Below, piece after piece: positions 1 to 5,580 of a stretch of DNA of 5,580 nt. A model generated the notes under the pieces. That model had not been told where the DNA came from. It saw only the letters and a program-made list of their open reading frames with translations, and did no database searches. The position numbers were made by a program, and so were the translations under genes. This stretch comes from PVC group bacterium (GTDB taxonomy: Bacteria; GCA-001730085; JADFSZ01): NCBI GenBank assembly GCA_022560555.1, contig JADFSZ010000122.1:1-5580 (forward strand), read 5' to 3'. Numbering within the stretch: position 1 is the first letter of the stretch; every line of letters begins with the position of its first letter.

Positions 1-1047
1 GATAGAGTTTTTATCAAAATCATAACCTTCCTGAATCTTTTTTATGGCATCTTCTAAAACACAAAATTCGATCTTTTTCCGGCTATTATTTTCCTCATCC
101 AATTTTTGGGCCAATCGTGCAGCTTCTTCCTTATTTTCGGAAAGCAAAAGCTCGATACCCCAACGGGCATCGCCTAAACGTCCTGCCGCGTTCACACGCG
201 GCCCTAGAACAAACCCAATATGATGAGGCACCAAGAATTTCCCTGCCAAAGAACTAACCTGAACAAGCTCTTGAAGCCCAAGATTCGCCGTTTGGTTCAT
301 TTGCCTCAAACCAAGCGTCACGATGATTCGATTTTCATCGACCAAAGGCACAATGTCGGCAACCGTTCCGAACGCGGCCAAATCCAAAAAACGATCCTTA
401 ATCCCCAGAAAGGCCTGGCTCAGTTTTAAGGCCAGGCCGACTCCGCAAAGATCCTTAAACGGATACACACATTTAGGTTGCTTGGGATTCACAATGACAC
501 ATTGTTCGGGAATATTTTTCTCCGGAAGATGGTGATCAATAATAATGGTTTTGATCCCTAAGCGGTTCGCGTACTCAACTTCCCGGACAGCCGTAATACC
601 ACAATCCACAGTAATGAGAAGTTTCACGTGTTCATCGTTTGCGAAATCAATACCCCTTCGGCTTAAGCCGTATCCCTCTTGAAGCCGATTTGGGACATAA
701 TAAATCACGTCTCCGCCAAGAAGACGGATTAATTTTAAGACGAGAACGGTCGAAGTAACTCCGTCAACATCATAATCTCCGTAAACGAGCATCCGTGAAT
801 TTTTATCTATGGCCTGACGAATCAGCGAGCAAGCTTCTTTCATCCCATAAAGGAGAAAGGGATCATGAAAGTCGGCGAGTTGTGGATTGAGAAATTTCCG
901 GACGGTATCAACAGTTTTAATTCCACGATGAACAAGTATGCGAGAAGTGATTTTTGATATACGAAGAGCTTTCGATAACTCTTCTTCAACACTTTTGTGA
1001 TAATCTCTCACAACCCATTTTTTGGGAATCGCCGTTGACGTGATCAC
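1..1047 (-). CDS. recJ: Single-stranded-DNA-specific exonuclease RecJ (DHH family), N-terminal 349 codons; 3' end continues beyond position 1
   Basis: Absent from the ORF track because the frame has no stop in the window. Manual reverse-complement translation from GTG (1047..1045) is open for all 349 codons down to position 1. It reads VITSTAIPKKWVVRDYHKSVEEELSKALRISKITSRILVHRGIKTVDTVRKFLNPQLADFHDPFLLYGMKEA..LVYGDYDVDGVTST..YYVPNRLQEGYGLS..LLITVDCGITA..TIIIDHHLPE..YPFKDLCGVGLALKL..FGTVADIVPLVDENR..GFVLGPRVNAAGRLGDA. These match the canonical DHH/RecJ motifs as I know the family: DxD (760..777), DCG, DHH (529..537) and GPRxNAAGR (178..204). AGGAG (1058..1054) lies 6 nt upstream of the GTG, and the start is 20 nt after the secF stop. 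Confidence 0.92.
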   Translation of the reverse strand, partial: MITSTAIPKKWVVRDYHKSVEEELSKALRISKITSRILVHRGIKTVDTVRKFLNPQLADFHDPFLLYGMKEACSLIRQAIDKNSRMLVYGDYDVDGVTSTVLVLKLIRLLGGDVIYYVPNRLQEGYGLSRRGIDFANDEHVKLLITVDCGITAVREVEYANRLGIKTIIIDHHLPEKNIPEQCVIVNPKQPKCVYPFKDLCGVGLALKLSQAFLGIKDRFLDLAAFGTVADIVPLVDENRIIVTLGLRQMNQTANLGLQELVQVSSLAGKFLVPHHIGFVLGPRVNAAGRLGDARWGIELLLSENKEEAARLAQKLDEENNSRKKIEFCVLEDAIKKIQEGYDFDKNSI

Positions 1048-1053
1048 AACAAA

Positions 1054-1058
1054 CTCCT
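1054..1058 (-). promoter_or_regulatory. Shine-Dalgarno-like motif (AGGAG) for recJ
   Basis: Minus-strand AGGAG lies 6 nt upstream of the GTG at 1047, inside the 20-nt secF-recJ spacer. Confidence 0.6.
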
Positions 1059-1067
1059 GTCCTAAAT

Positions 1068-1973
1068 CTAACCTTTAGCCAATCGATTCTGAAAAAGAAT
1101 GAGCACGCCTGACGCGATATAAACACTTGAATACGTTCCTACGATAACTCCCACAAGCATAGCAAAGCTAAAGTCATGAATCACCTCTCCTCCGAAGAGA
1201 AAAAGCATGAGGGCAACCAAGAGAGTGGTTAAGCTTGTAATGAGCGTCCGGTTCATCGTATGATTGACGCTTGAATTAATGATATGATAAAGATTTTGTC
1301 CTTTATGGAGTTTTCTTTCTTCACGAATCCGATCAAAAATGACGATAGTGTCATTGATCGAATAACCTAAGATCGTTAGAACGGCCGCGATAACGGTCAG
1401 GGATATTTCATACCCAAAAAGTGAACATAAGCCCAATGTAATAATTCCGTCATGAAACAAAGCCAACAGGGCCCCAAGAGCAAAAACCATTTCAAAACGA
1501 AAGGCCACATAGACCGCAATCGCTAGAACGGCAAACAGAGCCGCCGTAGCCGCCTTCATGCGTAACTCACGGCCTATGGCCGGCCCCACCGTTTCCGTTC
1601 TCAAAACCTCAAAGGGATTTTCGCTGTATATTTCACGGATGCTGCTGTTGATCAACGTCCCCAATTCAGACGAATTGATCCCCTCTGTCAGCGGAGCTTT
1701 CATAATCACTTCATGTGCATCGCCAAACTGCTGGATCGGAATGCTGCCAAGATCTAATGTTTTTAAGCCATCACGCAACTTATCAATATCTACGGCATGT
1801 TCAAATCTTAATTGATGAAGAGAGCCGCCGGTAAAATCCACACCAAGCGCTTTATCCCCTTTTATAATAAGCGAGCCGACACCAAGAACCAGAAGGGCGA
1901 GCGAGACGGCAAAAGCGTAATTTTTAAACTTAAGGTAATCTATCGCGAGAGTGTCTTTATAGATCGAAAACAT
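1068..1973 (-). CDS. secF: Protein-export membrane protein SecF
   Basis: ORF of 301 aa. It has an N-terminal TM helix (AFAVSLALLVLGVGSLII) followed by the GVDFTGGS motif and a short periplasmic domain. A C-terminal multi-TM block carries LTILGYSINDTIVIFDRIREE, typical of the SecD/SecF core. The ATG at 1973 is preceded by AAGGAG 7 nt upstream. The gene sits immediately downstream of secD. Confidence 0.93.
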   Translation of the reverse strand: MFSIYKDTLAIDYLKFKNYAFAVSLALLVLGVGSLIIKGDKALGVDFTGGSLHQLRFEHAVDIDKLRDGLKTLDLGSIPIQQFGDAHEVIMKAPLTEGINSSELGTLINSSIREIYSENPFEVLRTETVGPAIGRELRMKAATAALFAVLAIAVYVAFRFEMVFALGALLALFHDGIITLGLCSLFGYEISLTVIAAVLTILGYSINDTIVIFDRIREERKLHKGQNLYHIINSSVNHTMNRTLITSLTTLLVALMLFLFGGEVIHDFSFAMLVGVIVGTYSSVYIASGVLILFQNRLAKG

Positions 1974-1980
1974 GTTTATT

Positions 1981-1986
1981 CTCCTT
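1981..1986 (-). promoter_or_regulatory. Shine-Dalgarno motif (AAGGAG) for secF
   Basis: A perfect AAGGAG on the minus strand lies 7 nt upstream of the secF ATG, within the 24-nt secD-secF spacer. Confidence 0.7.
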
Positions 1987-1997
1987 CGTTAACAGCT

Positions 1998-3326
1998 CTA
2001 TATGCTTAGCTTCTGCAAATTTGGTTTTTTCATAATCACAAGATCAAAAATCACTTTTGTGCCGTAAATAGCCGTTAACATACTCGCCGCAATACCGATC
2101 GATAGCGTTATAGCGAATCCCCGTATGGGACCCGAACCAAAATGATAAAGTATTCCGGAAGCAATTAATGTCGTTACATTCGCATCTAAAATAGTCACAA
2201 GGGCCTTATCATATCCTGTTTGTATGGCCACGCGAACGGATTTATGACTTCTTAACTCCTCGCGAATCCTTTCGAATATAAGAACATTGGCATCAACGGC
2301 CATACCAATCGTCAATATAATTCCGGCAATACCCGGCAACGTCAGAACGGCACCGATCATCGCGAGTGTACCAAAAACGATAATGATATTCACAGATAAA
2401 GCCAAAATCGCAATCAACCCGCTCAAGCGATAGTAAACCGCGATAAAAATGATAACAAGGAGCATCCCGATCAACCCGGATCTTAAGCCTTTTTGAATGG
2501 AATCCTTACCTAATGTAGCTCCGACGGTCCGTGATTCCACAACGGTGATCGGGGCCGGCAGCGCACCCGCCCTCAGCGCAATGGCCAAATCCTTGGCTTC
2601 GTCAATCGTAAAATCTCCGCTAATTTGACCTCGTCCTCCCGGTATCTCCTCACGTATGACGGGAGCTGATACAATTTTTCCGTCAAGAACAATCGCAAGA
2701 CGCGTTCCGACATTTTCCCGGGTAGAAACAGCAAATTTTTTCCCGCCCCTGCGGTTAAGCTCAAATCCTATGGCAACTTCGTTAAATGATCCTTGATTAA
2801 ATTCGACAGTGGCATCAACCAAATCTTCTCCGGTAAGCACGGGGCGTTTTCTCACAAGCAAGCCATCGGCAGATTCTCGGTTTGTTCCTTTTTCCATGAG
2901 AGGAAGTAATTCATAATTCAGAGGGATTCTTCCCCTGGCAGCTTCTTCAAGAAGCTTGGGATCATCATTCACAAGACGGAACTCCAAAAATGCTGTTGTC
3001 TGGATAATAGACATGGCACGTTTAATCCCCTCTTCATCTATTTGCGGCAATTGGATCACAATACGATCTGTTCCTTGACGAAGGATGGACGGCTCCTCAA
3101 CACCAAATTGATCGATGCGGTTACGAATCACTTCCAACACGCGGTCAATAGCATCTTTGCTATTTTCTTCGGTCAGGTTTGTTTTATCAACCTCAATCAC
3201 CAAATACATCCCTCCGCGCAAATCTAAACCTTGACGGATTTTTTGGTCAAGAGGCCACAAAGAGAATAACATGACCACAATCCCACATATCCAAAAGATG
3301 CAGCGCCATTTTAACTTTTTATTCAT
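1998..3326 (-). CDS. secD: Protein-export membrane protein SecD
   Basis: ORF of 442 aa. It has an N-terminal TM helix (CIFWICGIVVMLFSLW) and then the hallmark GLDLRGGMYLVIEVD. A periplasmic P1-type domain of about 260 aa follows, then a C-terminal TM block with LTIGMAVDANVLIFERIREE. The ATG at 3326 has AAGGAA 9 nt upstream. secF follows directly. Confidence 0.93.
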   Translation of the reverse strand: MNKKLKWRCIFWICGIVVMLFSLWPLDQKIRQGLDLRGGMYLVIEVDKTNLTEENSKDAIDRVLEVIRNRIDQFGVEEPSILRQGTDRIVIQLPQIDEEGIKRAMSIIQTTAFLEFRLVNDDPKLLEEAARGRIPLNYELLPLMEKGTNRESADGLLVRKRPVLTGEDLVDATVEFNQGSFNEVAIGFELNRRGGKKFAVSTRENVGTRLAIVLDGKIVSAPVIREEIPGGRGQISGDFTIDEAKDLAIALRAGALPAPITVVESRTVGATLGKDSIQKGLRSGLIGMLLVIIFIAVYYRLSGLIAILALSVNIIIVFGTLAMIGAVLTLPGIAGIILTIGMAVDANVLIFERIREELRSHKSVRVAIQTGYDKALVTILDANVTTLIASGILYHFGSGPIRGFAITLSIGIAASMLTAIYGTKVIFDLVIMKKPNLQKLSI

Positions 3327-3335
3327 TGAGTTTTG

Positions 3336-3341
3336 TTCCTT
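3336..3341 (-). promoter_or_regulatory. Shine-Dalgarno-like motif (AAGGAA) for secD
   Basis: Minus-strand GGAAAGGAAC contains AAGGAA 9 nt upstream of the secD ATG, in the 48-nt holA-secD spacer. Confidence 0.55.
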
Positions 3342-3374
3342 TCCCCACTTGTCTTCGTCACGAAGGTCCGTTAA

Positions 3375-4373
3375 TCATGCGCACAACTCACCACTCAGTG
3401 TCTCCAGTAAAAGTCGATCATCCCAAAAGCTGCTCTTCATAGCGCAATCTGTACTAAGCAAGGATTGAAAGATCCTGTGAAGATGTCCATGGGATATTTG
3501 CGCGGCGTTCTTGGCAAAATCACTAAAATACCTTTGCCCGATATGAACTCGCTTTGATATTTGAAAAGGACTGATTTTCCTGTCAAGCAGACTCTTTGTC
3601 ATCCATACCCTTCGAAAATGCCATGAGAGCCATCCAACAAGCTCTATGCTCGACTTCCCTTGATGAAACAGATGGTGAAGGATCATGAGGGTGCGCCTCA
3701 GATTTCGTTGCGACACAGCGTCGGTTAATTCAAAAACATCATGGACACTCTCTCCCGAGAGAAGTAAAGTAATATCTTCTTGCTGAATACTTTTACGCTC
3801 CCCGACATACAAGACAAGCTTATCGGCATCACTTTTCATTTCCAGAACTGTCGCCCCGGTAGAATCCAAAAAGGCTTCAAGGGCGGAGGTCGAAATTTCC
3901 TTCCCTGCTTTGTTAAAATACGACTGCGCCCACTGTACCATCTCGATTTTTGAATCGATCACACACTCCACAATCTGATTGGGCCCAAAAAGATCAATAA
4001 ATTTATCTTTTTTAGACAACGACCCCGCATCAAAAATGAGGCAAGCGGATTCTGAGGGATTTTTCAGGTAATCAGTAAATTTATCCCGCTCATCTTTTTT
4101 GGCAAGGTCGAAATTTTTCAGGTAAACGATTTTATATCCGAAGAATAAAGACGGGATGCAGCATTCTTCAAGGACTTTTTGGCTCGCAAAGTCCTCCCGA
4201 ACGTCAAAAGAAATAACCTCAATCTCATTGGGAAAAGATGGGGATATTTTCACTCTAAGGTTCCGGATAAAGTCTTCTTTGAGCCCCTCATCGTATCCTC
4301 GCAAAAGATAAACATTTTCCCACGCATCCGGGTGATAGGATTTTGATTTTATATTAAGATTTTGTTCAGTCAA
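3375..4373 (-). CDS. holA: DNA polymerase III delta subunit (clamp-loader delta, HolA)
   Basis: ORF of 332 aa, a typical delta length. The N-terminal pattern is ..ENVYLLRGYDEGLKEDFIRNL.., comparable to the YLLxGxdxxL pattern of delta subunits. The middle region reads KEISTSALEAFLDSTGATVLEMKSDADKLVLYVGERKSIQQEDITLLLS..VFELTDAVSQRNLRRTLMILHHLFHQGKSSIELVGWLSWHFRRV, matching the delta domain II/III pattern as I know the family. The gene lies directly downstream of an LptE-like gene, as in the E. coli lptE-holA arrangement. The start is the only in-frame initiator available: TTG at 4373..4371, with AAGGA 10 nt upstream. Confidence 0.82.
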   Translation of the reverse strand: MTEQNLNIKSKSYHPDAWENVYLLRGYDEGLKEDFIRNLRVKISPSFPNEIEVISFDVREDFASQKVLEECCIPSLFFGYKIVYLKNFDLAKKDERDKFTDYLKNPSESACLIFDAGSLSKKDKFIDLFGPNQIVECVIDSKIEMVQWAQSYFNKAGKEISTSALEAFLDSTGATVLEMKSDADKLVLYVGERKSIQQEDITLLLSGESVHDVFELTDAVSQRNLRRTLMILHHLFHQGKSSIELVGWLSWHFRRVWMTKSLLDRKISPFQISKRVHIGQRYFSDFAKNAAQISHGHLHRIFQSLLSTDCAMKSSFWDDRLLLETLSGELCA

Positions 4374-4377
4374 TGAC

Positions 4378-4911
4378 TTACCATCCTTCGACGACCCTGA
4401 TCACGATATCTCTTGCCAGTTCCGCGCTGGCCTCGTCAACCGCGTCCTCTTCGGATCTTGCCAAGCTTCCCGTTACAAAAAATGTCGCCCCTTTTTCAAT
4501 ATCATCGACCCAGATAATCTCTCCCGTTGCGGCATCCGTTAATGTCAATTCAACTCCGATACGCACTCCAAACTGAGCGACAAGACGCCGGTCTGTTGAG
4601 TCAAATTGGCGGGGAGACAATGAAAATGAGGTAATACGGCCTTCGAGTATCACATCCGCGTTCTCTTTTACCGTCACTTTAAGCGTGCCATCAAGCATAA
4701 ATCGCCGAATGATCTCATCTGTCAATTTTGTTTCTATGCCTAACTGAGATGTTTTGTTAACGCGCCTTATTTTAATAAGAAAAGTATCGTTCCTGAAATT
4801 TTTAACGTAGACAGTGTGAATATCGGCATCAGGGAGAAGCGAGCCTGTTCGGTATCCGCATCCGCACACCATTACTAAAAAAAAGCATGCCAGAAGATAG
4901 CCAAGTTTCAT
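4378..4911 (-). CDS. lptE: LPS-assembly lipoprotein LptE-like (RlpB family) outer-membrane lipoprotein
   Basis: ORF of 177 aa. The N-terminal signal peptide is MKLGYLLACFFLVMVCGCGYR, with a lipobox-like M-V-C-G-C. The mature start CGY.., then ..VYVKNFRNDT.., ..IETKLTDEIIRRFMLDG.L.V..ENADVILEGRITSF.., and a C-terminal ..AVDEASAELARDIVIRVVEGW fit the general LptE pattern as I recall it. The gene is immediately upstream of holA, a conserved lptE-holA synteny. The call rests on motif pattern and synteny, not on an alignment I could run. Confidence 0.68.
   Translation of the reverse strand: MKLGYLLACFFLVMVCGCGYRTGSLLPDADIHTVYVKNFRNDTFLIKIRRVNKTSQLGIETKLTDEIIRRFMLDGTLKVTVKENADVILEGRITSFSLSPRQFDSTDRRLVAQFGVRIGVELTLTDAATGEIIWVDDIEKGATFFVTGSLARSEEDAVDEASAELARDIVIRVVEGW
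4384..4388 (-). promoter_or_regulatory. Shine-Dalgarno-like motif (AAGGA) for holA, embedded in the last codons of lptE
   Basis: The minus strand reads GAAGGATGGTAAGTCATTG. AAGGA lies 10 nt upstream of the TTG start, and the lptE stop TAA is 4 nt upstream of that start. Confidence 0.45.
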
Positions 4912-5580
4912 TTATTTTCCTTTTTTTTGATTTTTTCAAGTTTCGGGCCTATTTTCTTTAATCGCATCGCCGCTTCTTTTGACCACGCAGTACCTTCATA
5001 ATCCCTAACGACTTTTTGATAATAAAATTCCGCGGCTTTGAGCCCCTTGTTTTTCTCGTAAAAAAGAGCGATTTCATAAAGCTTTTGCGCGTTTTCTCGT
5101 CGAAGAAAATCAATTTCAATTTTGGCTTCCTCAATGAGCCGGCTATCCGGATACTCCTTTGAAAAAGCCTCAAAATCTTCCAAAGCATCGGGGGCGGCAT
5201 TAAAGGCACCCTCTTTACCATATAATCCGTGAGATTTTGATACAGCAATTTTATAGGAGGCCAATTCGGAAAATTCACTATCAGGAAATACGGCAATAAG
5301 TTTTTCATATGAATGTATCGCCTTCGTAAAATCACCAAGCTTCAAATAGGTGTCACCAACTTTGTACTGTGCATCATCGGCAAAATCCCCAAAAGGGGCA
5401 TTCTTAATAATTTTCACATAGATTTCTAAAGCAATTTCGTAATTATTCGTTGTCGGAAGGATGGGAATATAGCTCTTCCATCCCGGCCCTTTAGAGTAAA
5501 AAAAATGGTTCGCAATCTGAAACTGACGTTCGAGCGTTTCATTGATTCTTTGACTTGACGGAAAATTATCAACCAGTTTT
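4908..5580 (-). CDS. bamD: BamD/YfiO-like TPR outer-membrane protein assembly factor; 5' end lies beyond position 5580
   Basis: The ORF track starts this ORF at an internal GTG (5417), but manual translation shows the frame open through 5579: ..KLVDNFPSSQRINETLERQFQIANHFFYSKGPGWKSYIPILPTTNNYEIALEIYVKIIKNAPFGDFADDAQYKVGDTYLKLGDF... Repeated TPR-like helices carry the recurring x-x-(F/Y)P-(D/S)-S signature: VDNFPSS, IAVFPDSEF, SKEYPDSRL and VRDYEGTAW. The segment ..AQKLYEIALFYEKNKGLKAAEFYYQKVVRDYEGTAWSKEAAMRL resembles the BamD C-terminal pattern. The N-terminal signal or lipobox cannot be checked because it is off-window. A related TPR protein (YbgF/CpoB-like) cannot be excluded without an HMM search. 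Confidence 0.62.
   Translation of the reverse strand, partial: KLVDNFPSSQRINETLERQFQIANHFFYSKGPGWKSYIPILPTTNNYEIALEIYVKIIKNAPFGDFADDAQYKVGDTYLKLGDFTKAIHSYEKLIAVFPDSEFSELASYKIAVSKSHGLYGKEGAFNAAPDALEDFEAFSKEYPDSRLIEEAKIEIDFLRRENAQKLYEIALFYEKNKGLKAAEFYYQKVVRDYEGTAWSKEAAMRLKKIGPKLEKIKKKENK
4917..4922 (-). promoter_or_regulatory. Shine-Dalgarno-like motif (AAGGAA) for lptE inside the 3' end of the upstream gene
   Basis: The minus strand reads AAAAAAAAGGAAAATAAATGA. AAGGAA lies 5 nt upstream of the lptE ATG (4911..4909). That ATG overlaps the upstream TGA stop (4910..4908) as ATGA. Confidence 0.55.

Noticed and set aside
220-535. Plus-strand track ORFs 220..429 (69 aa) and 323..535 (70 aa)
   Set aside because: Both lie entirely antisense to the recJ frame, which carries unmistakable DHH/RecJ motifs across this exact region. 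Their translations are low-complexity and basic, with no recognisable motifs and no SD. They are read as antisense-frame artefacts.
1558-2009. Plus-strand track ORFs 1558..1815 (85 aa) and 1812..2009 (65 aa)
   Set aside because: They are antisense to secF and to the secD/secF junction. No family-like sequence or RBS is visible, and the region is fully explained by secF and secD.
2573-2764. Minus-strand 63-aa ORF in an alternate frame inside secD
   Set aside because: It is embedded in the conserved periplasmic domain of SecD in a different frame. It is short, Arg/Leu-rich and has no SD. This is a typical out-of-frame artefact.
1998-3326. Short SecD (442 aa versus about 615 aa in E. coli) as a possible unusual variant
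   Set aside because: Compact SecD proteins with a smaller periplasmic P1 domain are common outside the Enterobacteria. All hallmark motifs and the TM core are intact, so nothing suggests truncation or novelty.
3353-3365. Stem-loop CTTCG-TGA-CGAAG as an intrinsic terminator after holA
   Set aside because: It has only 5 bp of stem and is followed on the transcribed strand by ACAAGTGGGG rather than a U-tract. This is too weak to call a terminator.
3042-3468. Plus-strand track ORFs 3042..3227 (61 aa) and 3271..3468 (65 aa)
   Set aside because: They are antisense to secD and to the secD/holA junction, with no motifs or RBS, and both strands are already explained by strong minus-strand genes.
4373-4576. 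Plus-strand 67-aa Ser/Thr/Ala-rich ORF antisense to lptE
   Set aside because: Its low-complexity composition is what is expected from reading the antisense of a Glu/Asp/Arg-rich gene. It has no SD and lies wholly inside the LptE-like CDS.
4958-5338. Minus-strand 126-aa ORF in an alternate frame inside the BamD-like gene
   Set aside because: The translation is highly basic (Lys/Arg-rich), produced by frame-shifting a Lys/Glu-rich TPR gene. The TPR-frame translation has coherent repeated helices and motifs, while this frame has none.
5415-5417. GTG at 5417 as the true start of the BamD-like gene, as in the ORF track
   Set aside because: The frame stays open upstream to the window edge (5579). 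The upstream translation continues the same TPR-like pattern (VDNFPSS.., ..FQIANHFFYSKG..). The track start merely reflects the first initiator codon available inside the window.
1-5580. Search for CRISPR repeats, tRNA/rRNA/ncRNA genes, IS or transposon ends, integrase or toxin-antitoxin-sized ORFs, and defence-island signatures
   Set aside because: No spaced direct repeats or long inverted repeats were seen by eye. Non-coding DNA totals under about 100 nt, too little for an RNA gene. Every sizeable ORF is a recognisable housekeeping gene. A computational repeat and covariance-model scan would be needed for formal exclusion.

Overview
The window holds six co-directional genes on the minus strand, packed so tightly that they leave almost no non-coding DNA. 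In transcription order (high to low coordinates) they are: a BamD/YfiO-like TPR outer-membrane assembly protein (5' end off the window), an LptE-like LPS-assembly lipoprotein, DNA polymerase III delta subunit (holA), secD, secF, and the N-terminal 349 codons of recJ (3' end off the window). The junctions are a 4-nt overlap (ATGA), then gaps of 4, 48, 24 and 20 nt. Each start has a purine-rich Shine-Dalgarno-like motif, so a single polycistronic housekeeping unit from a diderm, LPS-producing bacterium is the simplest reading. By eye the sequence is moderately AT-rich; this was not computed. The ORF track has two blind spots. It omits recJ because that frame has no stop in the window. It also truncates the BamD-like gene at an internal GTG, although the frame stays open to position 5580. 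I found no RNA genes, CRISPR array, mobile-element hallmarks, long repeats, convincing terminators, or unexplained ORFs. All plus-strand ORFs and both alternate-frame minus-strand ORFs lie inside well-supported genes and look spurious. My honest conclusion is that this is an ordinary core-genome region and the sequence does not support a previously undescribed system. The findings below are low-to-modest curiosities of synteny, translational coupling, homopolymer tracts and start-codon choice.
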